Source: an uncultured Acidobacteriota bacterium (GTDB taxonomy: Bacteria > Acidobacteriota > Thermoanaerobaculia > UBA5066 > Gp7-AA6). From it: 64,000 bases of DNA. Below are positions 22,324 to 31,562 of this stretch, piece by piece (within the stretch, counting starts at the first letter, position 1; every line of letters begins with the position of its first letter). Position numbers and translations under genes: made by a program. The notes below the pieces were generated by a model that saw nothing but the letters and a program-made list of their open reading frames with translations, made no database searches and was not told the DNA's origin. The stretch covers positions 5,322-69,321 of the forward strand of contig CAVTEG010000012.1 in the NCBI GenBank assembly GCA_963733815.1, in the 5' to 3' direction.

Positions 22324-23264
22324 CCTTCCGCCCCTGCGTCGCCGCCGGTCTTCCCCGCGCGGTGCGCGCGCCCGACCAGGGCCGTGACCGTCGTTTTCCT
22401 CGAGTCGCAGTACGCCGCGAGCTCGTCCACCAGGCGGCCCGACACTCCGGGATCCTTGAAGTTCGCCGTGCCGATCTGAATCGCCGTCGCGCCGGCCGCG
22501 AGAAACTCCAAAACGTCGGAGAGCCCGGCGATTCCGCCGATCCCCATGAGAGGGACGTCGGGCATCGCCTTGTGCACCTGGTAAACCATCCGCACGGCCA
22601 GAGGCCGGATCGCCGGCCCGGAGAGGCCGCCTGTTCCGAACGACGTACGGGGTTTCGCCGTTTCGGGATCGATCACCATCCCGACGAAGGTGTTGACGAG
22701 CGAGAGGACGTCGGCGCCGGCTTCGCGGGCCGCGCGGGCCGACTCGACGAGATCCGGGGCGTTGGGCGAGAGCTTGACGATCAGGGGACGGCGCGTGGCG
22801 GCGCGGACCCGCCCGACGAGCGCGCGCGTCGCCTCCGGCGAGTTGCCAAACAGCATTCCCCCGCGCTCGACGTTGGGGCAGGAGATGTTGAGCTCGACCG
22901 CCGCCAGCCCGTCGACGCCTTCGAGGGCGCGGACGACGGTGACGTAGTCTTCCTCGAGATCTCCCCAGACGTTGGCGATGACGGTCGCGCCGAGCGCGCG
23001 GAGCTTCGGAAGTTTCTCGTCCAGGAAGGCGCGCACTCCGACGTTCTGCAAGCCGATGGCGTTGAGCATCCCGGCGGGCGTCTCGCAGATGCGCGGAGGC
23101 GCGTTGCCGGCGTGGGGATTGAGAGACAGGCCCTTCGTGCAGAGGCCGCCGATCTTCGACAGGTCCACGAAGTCGGTGAACTCGAGGCCATAGCCGAAGG
23201 TCCCCGACGCCGTCGTGATCGGGTTCGCGAGCTCGAGGGGGCCGAGGCGGACGGCGAGGGTCAT
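22320..23264 (-). CDS. pyrD: Dihydroorotate dehydrogenase B, catalytic subunit
   Basis: ASGTFGYG, NAIGLQN, ELNISCPN, GGLSG. Confidence 0.96.
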   Translation of the reverse strand: MTLAVRLGPLELANPITTASGTFGYGLEFTDFVDLSKIGGLCTKGLSLNPHAGNAPPRICETPAGMLNAIGLQNVGVRAFLDEKLPKLRALGATVIANVWGDLEEDYVTVVRALEGVDGLAAVELNISCPNVERGGMLFGNSPEATRALVGRVRAATRRPLIVKLSPNAPDLVESARAAREAGADVLSLVNTFVGMVIDPETAKPRTSFGTGGLSGPAIRPLAVRMVYQVHKAMPDVPLMGIGGIAGLSDVLEFLAAGATAIQIGTANFKDPGVSGRLVDELAAYCDSRKTTVTALVGRAHRAGKTGGDAGAEG

Positions 23265-23296
23265 GTTGTCATCGCGCGTGCCGGGCGGTCGAGCAC

Positions 23297-23433
23297 GGGA
23301 TCCCTCGTCGCTTCGCTCCTCGGGATGACGGCCCGAGTCATTGTCATCCCGAGCGCAGCGAGGGATCCCGAACTCGACACGCCAACCGCTCGAAAAGCAC
23401 GGGATCCCTCGGGCCTCCGGCCCTCGGGATGAC
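23297..23433. repeat. REP/REPIN-like palindromic elements (GTCATCCCGAG...CTCGGGATGAC)
   Basis: One half element (23297-23329) and one inverted doublet (23343-23433) between pyrK and pyrD. Confidence 0.85.
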
Positions 23434-23456
23434 GCGAGCGCTGCGCGCTTCGCCCG

Positions 23457-24245
23457 TCACCACCGTATCTTCTCCGGGCTCAGAATCGGTCCCTCGGTGC
23501 AGGAGACGACGAACGGCTTCTCGGTTCCGGGGATCACGCACCCGAGGCAGGCGCCGAAGCCGCAGCCCATCTCCGCCTCGGTCGAGAACTCGGCGGAGAT
23601 CCCGTGCGCCTGGACGACTTTCGCGAGCGACGCGAACATCGGCATCGGGCCGCACGCGTAGACGCGCGCGTACTTCGCGCCGGCCTCGAGCCGGCGCCGC
23701 AGGGCCTCCGTCACGAAACCCTTCTCGCCGAGCGAGCCGTCGTCGGAGGCCAGGATCGTCTCGCCGCGCACGAGCCCGTCGAAGCGGGTCTTAATCGACA
23801 GCTCCCGCGTGTTTCTCCCTCCGAGGTAGAAGTCGCAGGGCACTCCCGCCTGGCGGAGCGCCTTCAGCAGCAGGGGAAACGGCGCCGAACCGATCCCGCC
23901 GGCGACGATCGCGGCGCGTTCTCCCTTCGCAAAGCCCGAGACACCGAAGGAGTTGCCGAGAGGTCCGAGGAGCCGCACCTCGGCGGTCTGGGGCAGGTCT
24001 TCCAAAGCGGCCGTGCCGGGACCGATCGTCTTGATGAGGAATTCCACGTTCCCCGCCACCGGATCCGCGTCGGCCACCGAATAGGCGCGCCGCAGGTACG
24101 GCCGGACCCGGTCCGGAACCTCGACCATCGCGAATTGTCCGGGGGAAATCGTGTTCGCCAGCGCCGGGGAGCGGAGGGTGACGGAAAAGAGGCCGGGCGA
24201 GTAGACGTGGCGGCGGAGGAGTGTCGCTCGGTGATCAGCCTTCAC
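23457..24245 (-). CDS. pyrK: Dihydroorotate dehydrogenase electron transfer subunit
   Basis: PGQF, RRAYS, GPLGN, AGGIG, CGFGACLGC..C iron-sulfur motif; upstream of pyrD. Confidence 0.93.
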   Translation of the reverse strand: MKADHRATLLRRHVYSPGLFSVTLRSPALANTISPGQFAMVEVPDRVRPYLRRAYSVADADPVAGNVEFLIKTIGPGTAALEDLPQTAEVRLLGPLGNSFGVSGFAKGERAAIVAGGIGSAPFPLLLKALRQAGVPCDFYLGGRNTRELSIKTRFDGLVRGETILASDDGSLGEKGFVTEALRRRLEAGAKYARVYACGPMPMFASLAKVVQAHGISAEFSTEAEMGCGFGACLGCVIPGTEKPFVVSCTEGPILSPEKIRW

Positions 24246-24273
24246 CGAGCGCGCATTCTATGCGACTTGCGAG

Positions 24274-24468
24274 TTAGACCTCGATCACGCGTCCGATCTC
24301 CTCGTCGTCCTCCCCGTCGTGGGCCTTCCGAGCCTTCTCCACGCACTTCTCGCAGAACACGCGCCCATTCACTTCGCCCCCGGGGCGCGCGTATGCTCCG
24401 CAGCCGTTACAGCGGCGCAGCGCGCGATGGTGAGCATTCAGGTCGAGCACCGCCTCTTGTCTTCGCAT
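24274..24468 (-). CDS. Small (64 aa) CxxC-CxxC zinc-finger protein
   Basis: GGGAG RBS before ATG 24468; CNGC...CEKC; acidic tail. Confidence 0.6.
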   Translation of the reverse strand: MRRQEAVLDLNAHHRALRRCNGCGAYARPGGEVNGRVFCEKCVEKARKAHDGEDDEEIGRVIEV

Positions 24469-24643
24469 TGCCGTTCTCCCATGTCGATACGGGACTCTTC
24501 TGAGCATGACTCATACCCAAACTGCAACTACTCACAGGCCTCAACTTAGCTGCAGGCCGATACGCTCAACTGTCGCCTTGGAGAGCGCCGGAGTCCTCCT
24601 GCGAGGTCAGGCGCATCCTACGCGGGCGAGGGGACTAACTATA

Positions 24644-24687
24644 CGACTTCCTTCTCTCGTCCGTCGGCCCGCACAGCGGGCCGCTCA
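24644..24687. repeat. 45-bp dispersed element with GC hairpin, copy 2
   Basis: Near-identical to 4538-4582. Includes the E1 stop codon and abuts a TATAGT -10 box (24638-24643, minus strand). Confidence 0.75.
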
Positions 24688-26808
24688 AAACGTCGAGACT
24701 TTGTCCAGCGCCTTCCGCACGTGCGAGGCCTGCGGAAGGATGAAGTCTTCGACGCGGGGCTGATAGGCGACGAACGTGTCCGTCGCCGCGACGCGCTCGA
24801 CCGGCGCGTCCAGATATGAGAAGAGCTCCGAGGAGATGCGCGCCGCGATCTCAGCGCCGTAACCCCAGGAAATCGGATCCTCGTAGACCACCAGCGCGCG
24901 GGAGGTCTTCTTCACCGACGCCGCGATCGCGTCCCAGTCATAGGGTGACAGCGTGCGCAGGTCCAGGATCTCCACGCTCTTTCCGGTCTCCTCCTGGAAC
25001 GCCTTCGCGGCCTGCCAGGAGCGGTAGACCGTCGCGCCGTACGTGACGATCGTGACGTCCTTGCCTTCCTGCACGACCGACGCCTTGCCGAACGGAATCA
25101 TGTAGTCCGGTCCGGGATAAACGCCCTTGTTGTGCGTCTGGCGGTAGAGGTGCTTGTGTTCCATGAAGATCACGGGATCGTCGCAGCGGATCGCCGTGCG
25201 GAGCAGTCCGTTGGCGTCGAGCGCGTTGGACGGCATCACGACGCGAAGCCCCGGGTTGTGCGTCATCAGCACCGCACCCGACTGTGAGTGGTAGACGGCT
25301 CCCCCGCCGATGTATCCGCCCGCCGCCACGCGCACGACGACCGGACAGGAGAACGTATTGCCGGAGCGCCAGCGCAGGTTGGACAGCTCGTTGCGGATCT
25401 GCATGTACGCCGGCCAGATGTAGTCGTAGAACTGGATCTCGACCACCGGCTTCAGGCCGCGGATCGCCATGCCGATCGCGCGCCCGACGATGTTGGCTTC
25501 GGCGAGCGGCGAGTTGAAGACGCGGTTGCCCCCGTAGAGCTTCTGGAGTCCGGCCGTGACCTTGAAGACTCCGCCTTTTCCCTTGCACTCGTCGAGCACG
25601 GCGTCGCGCGAGGCATCCGCGACGTCCTCGCCGAAGACGACGATGCGCGGATCGCGCTTCATCTCGTCCTTGAGGCACGCGTTGATGAGGTCCACCATCG
25701 TCGTGGGCTGCGCCCCGACGGGGGAAGCAGCGGGCGTCGAGAAAGCGGCGCTCGTGGGGTCGACGTCCGGCGAGTAGACGAACTGGTATGCCGACTCGGG
25801 CTCGGGTATCTCGGCCGCGAGCGCGCGGTCCGCCGCGTCGTTGATCTCGGCGTCGACTTCGGCGTGGAGCTTCTCGAGGTCCTCCTTCGTGAGGATCCCC
25901 TCGTCGAGGAGAAGGCGCGATAGCCGGCCGACCGGATCCTTCTGCGCGTCCTGCTCGCGTTCGGACTTGGGCCGGTAGGCCGCCTCGTCGTCGGAAAGCG
26001 AGTGGCTGTAGGGGCGGATGACCCGGGCATGCACGAACGCCGGGCCCATGCGCTTGCGGCAGTACTCGGCCGCGTAGCGCATCGCGTCGTACGTCTCGAC
26101 GAAGTCGGTGCCATCCACGTCGACCACGAAGAGGTTGGGATAGTTGCGAACGAGCTTGGAGATCGAGCCGCCCGGCACGTTGACCTCGACCGGAACGGAG
26201 ATCGCGTACCCGTTGTCCTGGATGCAGAACAGCACCGGAAGCTTCAGGTTGCTCGCCGAGGAGAGGGCCTCCCAGAACTCCCCTTCGGAAGTCTGTCCTT
26301 CGCCCCCGGAGACGTAAGAAACCTCGTCCGAATGAAACGAGGAGGTCCCCTCCCCGGCAAGCTCTCGGATCCGGCTCTTTCTCCACCCGCCCTCGGCGGC
26401 GCCGACGGCGTGGAGGAATTGCGTGCCGGTGCAGGAGGACTTGGAGATGATGTTCCAGCGCTTGTGGCCCCAGTGGGCCGGCATCTGCCGGCCGGCGGAG
26501 GCGGGGTCGTCCCTCGCGCCGACCGACTGCAGGAACATCTCGTAGGGGGTTACGCCGAGCTGGAGGATCAGCGCGCGGTCGCGGTAGTAGGCGTCGAACC
26601 AGTCGTAGCCGCCTTTCAACACCATGCCCGCGGCGGTGCCGACCGCCTCGTGGCCGACGCTGTTGATCTGGAAGTAGATCTTGTTCTGGCGCTTGAGCTG
26701 GATTTCCTTGTCGTCGAACCGCCGGGACAGGTAGATGTTGCGGTAGGCGGCGACGAGGGAGGCAGCGTCGAGGCCGCGGTGCTTGCCGGAGCGGACCTCG
26801 GTGGCCAT
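24685..26808 (-). CDS. 2-oxoacid (probably branched-chain) dehydrogenase E1, fused alpha/beta subunits
   Basis: GHEA, GEG..SEG..N TPP motif, HSLSDD, FGEDV, NSPLAE, EIQF, YHSQ. Confidence 0.92.
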   Translation of the reverse strand: MATEVRSGKHRGLDAASLVAAYRNIYLSRRFDDKEIQLKRQNKIYFQINSVGHEAVGTAAGMVLKGGYDWFDAYYRDRALILQLGVTPYEMFLQSVGARDDPASAGRQMPAHWGHKRWNIISKSSCTGTQFLHAVGAAEGGWRKSRIRELAGEGTSSFHSDEVSYVSGGEGQTSEGEFWEALSSASNLKLPVLFCIQDNGYAISVPVEVNVPGGSISKLVRNYPNLFVVDVDGTDFVETYDAMRYAAEYCRKRMGPAFVHARVIRPYSHSLSDDEAAYRPKSEREQDAQKDPVGRLSRLLLDEGILTKEDLEKLHAEVDAEINDAADRALAAEIPEPESAYQFVYSPDVDPTSAAFSTPAASPVGAQPTTMVDLINACLKDEMKRDPRIVVFGEDVADASRDAVLDECKGKGGVFKVTAGLQKLYGGNRVFNSPLAEANIVGRAIGMAIRGLKPVVEIQFYDYIWPAYMQIRNELSNLRWRSGNTFSCPVVVRVAAGGYIGGGAVYHSQSGAVLMTHNPGLRVVMPSNALDANGLLRTAIRCDDPVIFMEHKHLYRQTHNKGVYPGPDYMIPFGKASVVQEGKDVTIVTYGATVYRSWQAAKAFQEETGKSVEILDLRTLSPYDWDAIAASVKKTSRALVVYEDPISWGYGAEIAARISSELFSYLDAPVERVAATDTFVAYQPRVEDFILPQASHVRKALDKVSTF

Positions 26809-26859
26809 CGCCGCGAATATACCAAAGGGGTTTTTCGAGGCGCGGTGACGGCCCGGCCT

Positions 26860-26925
26860 GGTTGCAGATTTCAGGTTGAAGGTTTCAGGGGACCACTTGG
26901 AACCTGGAACTTGGAACCTGCAACC
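26860..26925. repeat. Inverted heptamer array (AGGTTTC / GGAACCT units)
   Basis: GGTTGCAGATTTCAGGTTGAAGGTTTCAGG...ACTTGGAACCTGGAACTTGGAACCTGCAACC; same family as 12530. Confidence 0.7.
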
Positions 26926-26928
26926 TCG

Positions 26929-27039
26929 TCAGAAAAGCCGGATCAGTCCCCACAGCTCCAGGGCGGCGAGCCCCAGAGTGACAGCGAGAAACAGCACGGC
27001 CTTGACGTCGGGCCGTCCACGGGGACGCAAGTTTTCCAT
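26929..27039 (-). CDS. 36-aa single-TM small protein (not in the ORF track)
   Basis: MENLRPRGRPDVKAVLFLAVTLGLAALELWGLIRLF*, GGAGAG RBS, ECF-like promoter upstream. Confidence 0.6.
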   Translation of the reverse strand: MENLRPRGRPDVKAVLFLAVTLGLAALELWGLIRLF

Positions 27040-27083
27040 GGAAGCGCTCTCTCCGGTAGCAGAACTCGTGCCACCAATGAAGG

Positions 27084-27111
27084 TTACGAGCGGACGGGCC
27101 AAAACGTTTAC
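27084..27111 (-). promoter_or_regulatory. Putative ECF sigma promoter GTAAAC-N17-CGTAA
   Basis: Lies about 45 nt upstream of the 36-aa ORF. Confidence 0.45.
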
Positions 27112-27138
27112 GAGAGGGCTTGTTATGCTTCGTCTCCC

Positions 27139-28140
27139 ATGGCCGCCGCTGGCGCAACTCCTTCCTATCCGTCACTTCGGGAGCGGCCCGCGCCGCCGGA
27201 CGTGTCCTCGATCGACCCGCGGCTGGATCTGGAGCACGAGATCCGCGAGCTGAAGCGACAAAAAAACGCGGTTCTTCTCTCTCACTATTACCAAGAAGAG
27301 GCGATCCAGGACCTGGCCGACTTCGTGGGCGACTCGCTGGATCTCTCCCGCAAGGCGCAGCAGAGCGACGCGAAGATCATCGCGTTCGCCGGCGTGCGCT
27401 TCATGGCGGAGACCGCCAAGATTTTGAATCCGACCCGCAAAGTCATCCTGCCCGACTACGAAGCCGGCTGCTCGCTGGAAGACTCCTGCCCTCCCGACGC
27501 CTTCCGGGCCTGGCGAGAGGCGCATCCCGGAGCGGTCTCCTTGACCTACATCAACTGCTCGGCGGCGGTGAAGGCGCTCTCCGACATCATCGTGACCTCG
27601 TCGAACGCCGAGAAGATCGTGAAGTCGATTCCGCCGGACCAGGAGATCCTCTTCGCGCCGGATCGGCACCTCGGCGCTTTCCTCTCGAAGACGCTCAACC
27701 GCCCGATGACGCTGTGGCCGGGCACCTGCATCGTGCACGAGCAGTTCTCCGAACGCGAGATCGTGAGGCTCAAGGCCTCGCACCCGGGCGCCAAAGTCGC
27801 CGCGCATCCCGAGTGCCCGGAGCCGATCCTGAAGCACGCCGACCACGTCGGGTCCACGCGCTCGATCCTCAACTACGTGACCACGGCGCCTTTCAAGACG
27901 TTCTTGATTGCCACCGAGGAAGGGATCATCCACCAGATGAAGAAGCTCGCGCCGGACCGCGAGTACATCCCGGTACCTCCGGACAACGGCTGCCGGTGCA
28001 ACGAGTGCCCCTTCATGAAGCTCAACACTCTCGAGAAGCTCTATCTGTGCCTGCGCGACGAGCGCCCCGAGATCGTCCTGCCCGAGGACGTGCGCAAGGC
28101 GGCCGAGAAGCCACTGCTGCGGATGCTGGAACTGTCTTAG
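27139..28140 (+). CDS. nadA: Quinolinate synthase
   Basis: SHYYQ, GDSL, AGCSL, YIN, CIVH, AHPE, CPFM. Confidence 0.96.
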   Translation: MAAAGATPSYPSLRERPAPPDVSSIDPRLDLEHEIRELKRQKNAVLLSHYYQEEAIQDLADFVGDSLDLSRKAQQSDAKIIAFAGVRFMAETAKILNPTRKVILPDYEAGCSLEDSCPPDAFRAWREAHPGAVSLTYINCSAAVKALSDIIVTSSNAEKIVKSIPPDQEILFAPDRHLGAFLSKTLNRPMTLWPGTCIVHEQFSEREIVRLKASHPGAKVAAHPECPEPILKHADHVGSTRSILNYVTTAPFKTFLIATEEGIIHQMKKLAPDREYIPVPPDNGCRCNECPFMKLNTLEKLYLCLRDERPEIVLPEDVRKAAEKPLLRMLELS

Positions 28141-28148
28141 AGACAGCC

Positions 28149-28439
28149 GTCATCCCGAGGAGTGCGTCCTAGCCGTCATCCCGAGGAGCGAAGCGACGAG
28201 GGATCCCGGAGTCGACTCGCTTCGCATGCCGCGGTCCGTTCCGCACCCCGTCTCGTAGGCCTGCCGACGTCGGTATCCCTCGCTAGCGCTCGGGATGACA
28301 GCTGGCGATAGGCCGTCATCCCGAGGAGCGGCAGCGACGAGGGATCCCGAAGTCGACTCGCCGAGCATGCCGCGGTCCGTTCCGCCGACCGTCTCTGAGC
28401 CTGCCGAGTACGGGATCCCTCGCTATCGCTCGGGATGAC
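28149..28439. repeat. REPIN/BIME-like cluster: two tandem 125-bp REP doublets plus a partial REP
   Basis: Units at 28175-28299 and 28315-28439 (period 140) share arms and most of the spacer. Confidence 0.9.
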
Positions 28440-28526
28440 GGCGGAATCGCGCCGAGCGACCGCGGCGTTTCGGTCCAGCGCGACTGGTGCGCCCGACCTC
28501 GCGCGCGCTGAAGTATCCTCCCCGCC

Positions 28527-29387
28527 GTGCAAGGACTGTCGGACGAGGCCCTCGACGCCGCGCTTCGGACGTTTCTGTCCGAGGACGTCGGTTCGGGCGA
28601 TGTCACGACGCGCGCGACGGTTCCCACCTCGGCGCGCGCGCGCGGCGAGCTCGTGGCGAAATCCGAATGCGTCGTCTCCGGCCTTCCCGTCGCGCGGCGG
28701 GTCTTCGCGCTTCTCGAACCGGACCTGACCTGGAAGGACGAGGTCCCCGTCGGAACGAAAATCGGTCGCGGTACGGTGCTGGCCCGCCTCGAAGGGCGCG
28801 CCCGGCCGATTCTGACGGCCGAACGCGTGGCGTTGAATCTCCTCCAGCGCATGTCCGGCATCGCCACCGCGACGCGGCGCTTCGTCGACGTGCTCGCGGG
28901 AACGACCTGCCGCGTCCTCGACACGCGCAAGACCGCGCCCGGCCTTCGCCCCTTCGACCGCCAGGCGGTGCGCGACGGCGGGGGCGACAATCACCGATAC
29001 GATCTCTCCGAGATGGTCCTCATCAAGGACAACCACCTGCGCCTCTCCGGCGGAGTCCGCGGCGCCGTGGCGGCGGCCCGCGCCGCCGTGCCTCCGGAGA
29101 TCCCGATCGAGGTCGAGGTCGAGTCGGACGAGGAGCTGCGCGAGGCGCTCGCCGCCGGCGCGGACCGCATCCTGATCGACAACCAGTCTCCCGAAGTCGT
29201 CGCACGCTGGTCCGCGATCGCGAAGAAGTCGGAACGCCGTCCCTTCCTGGAAGCGTCCGGCAACATGCGCCTGGAGACCGTCCGCGCCTACGCCGAGGCG
29301 GGCGTCGACGCGGTCTCGGTCGGAGCGCTGACGCACTCGGTCTCGGCGGCCGACATCTCGCTCGAGCTTGCTCTCGCGCCCGCATGA
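28527..29387 (+). CDS. nadC: Nicotinate-nucleotide diphosphorylase (carboxylating)
   Basis: ERVALNLLQRMSGIAT, DTRKT, HR, IKDNH, EVEVE, EASG. Confidence 0.96.
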   Translation: MQGLSDEALDAALRTFLSEDVGSGDVTTRATVPTSARARGELVAKSECVVSGLPVARRVFALLEPDLTWKDEVPVGTKIGRGTVLARLEGRARPILTAERVALNLLQRMSGIATATRRFVDVLAGTTCRVLDTRKTAPGLRPFDRQAVRDGGGDNHRYDLSEMVLIKDNHLRLSGGVRGAVAAARAAVPPEIPIEVEVESDEELREALAAGADRILIDNQSPEVVARWSAIAKKSERRPFLEASGNMRLETVRAYAEAGVDAVSVGALTHSVSAADISLELALAPA

Positions 29388-30940
29388 GCCGCAACGGGAC
29401 CGACGTCCTCGTCCTCGGCACCGGCGTCGCCGGCACCACCGCCGCCCTGGCCGCGGCGCGCGCGGGCTCCGACGTGACCATCGTGACGCGGGCCGACGAA
29501 GCCCGCGAGTCCAACACCTACTACGCGCAGGGAGGCATCGTCGCGCGTCCTCAGGGGGACACGCCCGAGAAGCTCGCCGCCGACATCGAGCGCGCCGGCG
29601 ACGGGCTCTGCTCCCCGGAGGCCGTCGCCCTGATCTCGCGCGAAGGACCGGACCTCGTGCGGCGGCTCCTGATCGACGAGTTGCAGGTGCCGTTCGACCG
29701 CGAGGACGGCGACTATCACTGGACACTCGAGGGTGCCCACTCGGTGCCCCGCGTTCTCCACGTCAAGGACGAGACCGGCGCTCCGATCGAGCGCGCCCTG
29801 ATCGCCGCGTGCAAGGCGGAGTCGCGGATCCGATGGCTCCTCGGCACGACGGCGGTGGATCTGCTCACGCTTTCGCACGATTCGGTCGATCCGACCGACC
29901 GTTACCGGCCTCCCGTCGTCATCGGCGCGCATCTGCTCGACCGCAAGACCGGAGCCGTCACGCCGTGGCTCGCCCGCGAGACGATTCTCGCGACCGGAGG
30001 GCTCGGCCAGGTCTACCTCCACACCACCAACCCTCCCGGAGCGCGCGGCGACGGATTCGCGATGGCCCGGCGCGCGGGGGCCAGGCTCCTGAACCTCGAG
30101 TACATCCAGTTCCACCCGACGGCGCTTCTTCATCCGCGCGGCCGCCTTCTTCTGACCGAGGCGCTGCGCGGCGAGGGCGCCCGGATCACGGACTCCTCGG
30201 GCAGGGAATTCCTGCGCGCCGTGCATCCGGCGGGCGAGCTCGCGCCGCGCGACATCGTCGCCCGCGCCATTCATCAGCGGATGCTCGAGAAGGACGAGCC
30301 CTACGCGCTCCTCGACATCTCGTTCAAGCCCGCGGCCTGGATCCGGGAGCGCTTCCCCGGGCTCGTGGCGCGGTGCCTGGAGCTCGGTTTCGACCTGACG
30401 GCGGGACCGGTGCCGGTCGTCCCCGCGGCGCATTACGCCTGCGGCGGAGTGGCGGTGGACGAGAACGGGCGCACGTCTCTCGGTCACCTGCGCGCCGCCG
30501 GAGAGGTGTCGTGCACCGGAGTGCACGGCGCCAACCGTCTGGCCTCGACCTCGCTTCTGGAGGGCCTGCTGTGGGGCTGGCGCGCCGGGCAGGCCTCCGC
30601 CCGCGAGGCGGCGCGGACGCGGGAGCGGCCCCTGCCCGAGGTCAAGCCCTGGGAGCCCGAGCACGAGCCCGTGGACCCGGCCCTGATCGCGCAGGATTGG
30701 ATGGTCATCCGGCATACGATGTGGAACTACGTCGGTCTGCTGCGGTCCGAGCGGCGTCTCGACCGGGCCGGGCGCATCCTCTGGGAGCTGCGCGACGAGA
30801 TCGAGAACTTCTACAAACGCGGCACGATGTCGGACGGCCTGCTGGGCCTGCGCAACGGCGTCCAGACCGCCCTCGCCATCCGGAACGCGGCCATGGACAA
30901 TCGCGTCTCCAGGGGCAGTCACTATCGCGTCGATGGATAG
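29384..30940 (+). CDS. nadB: L-aspartate oxidase
   Basis: GTGVAG, AQGGI, EGAHS, QFHPT, TEALRGEG, AHYACGG, HGANRLAS. Confidence 0.95.
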   Translation: MSRNGTDVLVLGTGVAGTTAALAAARAGSDVTIVTRADEARESNTYYAQGGIVARPQGDTPEKLAADIERAGDGLCSPEAVALISREGPDLVRRLLIDELQVPFDREDGDYHWTLEGAHSVPRVLHVKDETGAPIERALIAACKAESRIRWLLGTTAVDLLTLSHDSVDPTDRYRPPVVIGAHLLDRKTGAVTPWLARETILATGGLGQVYLHTTNPPGARGDGFAMARRAGARLLNLEYIQFHPTALLHPRGRLLLTEALRGEGARITDSSGREFLRAVHPAGELAPRDIVARAIHQRMLEKDEPYALLDISFKPAAWIRERFPGLVARCLELGFDLTAGPVPVVPAAHYACGGVAVDENGRTSLGHLRAAGEVSCTGVHGANRLASTSLLEGLLWGWRAGQASAREAARTRERPLPEVKPWEPEHEPVDPALIAQDWMVIRHTMWNYVGLLRSERRLDRAGRILWELRDEIENFYKRGTMSDGLLGLRNGVQTALAIRNAAMDNRVSRGSHYRVDG

Positions 30941-30968
30941 GGGCGGCCTGCTATAGTTCCGGGCCGCC

Positions 30969-31544
30969 ATGAGCGTTCTTTACCTGCATTTCGAGACCGA
31001 TGAGCGACCCGGGCGCCTGGCCCGGCTCCAGAAGAGCGGTGCGCACGTCGTCGTCGCCGAGCCCCGCTGGCCGGGGTTCTTCGAGCTCGCCAAGCGCGAG
31101 AAGCCCTACGCGATCGCGATCGATTTCTCCCAGGCCCCGTCCCATTCCCTGGAGACGGCGGACTACATGTCGAAGGCCCGTGAGACCAAGGACGCCGCGC
31201 TGTTCCTGCTCCGCGTGCCGGCGGACCGGGTCGAAGCCGTCCAGAAGCGGCTGCCCCAGGCCACGATCGTGACCGAGGGCGAGCTCTCCGGGATGCTCGC
31301 CCAGATGGAGCGCGAAGCCGAGGCCCGCGCTCGTCAGAAAAAGGAAGCCGCCGCGGCCGCCAAGAAGGCCGCCCGCGCGGCCAATGCAGCCGCCAAAGCC
31401 GCCGCCGCCGGAAAGGGGAAGCCTGCGATCGCCGCCGTAAAGCCGAAGACGCCAGCCAAGCCGAAGGCCGCTGCAGCCGCGAAAAAGAAACCGGCCCGCA
31501 AGAGCTCCCCCGCCAAGAAGGCGCAGCCCAAAAAGAAAAAGTAG
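30969..31544 (+). CDS. Atypical receiver-like domain with a Lys/Ala/Pro-rich histone-H1-like tail
   Basis: CheY-like beta/alpha pattern (VLYLH..KPYAIAIDF..LFLL) followed by about 70 aa of K/A/P-rich sequence. Confidence 0.6.
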   Translation: MSVLYLHFETDERPGRLARLQKSGAHVVVAEPRWPGFFELAKREKPYAIAIDFSQAPSHSLETADYMSKARETKDAALFLLRVPADRVEAVQKRLPQATIVTEGELSGMLAQMEREAEARARQKKEAAAAAKKAARAANAAAKAAAAGKGKPAIAAVKPKTPAKPKAAAAAKKKPARKSSPAKKAQPKKKK

Positions 31545-31562
31545 CCCGAACAGGAGACTCGA

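Noticed and set aside
24685-26808. E1 alpha/beta fusion as a novelty
   Set aside because: Already well known in several phyla.
26002-27138. N-terminal extension of NadA in the ORF track
   Set aside because: It overlaps the E1 gene antisense. The real start is ATG 27139 after an extended -10 box.
28149-28439. Possible CRISPR array
   Set aside because: Units are inverted REP doublets with homologous, not unique, spacers. No cas genes are present.
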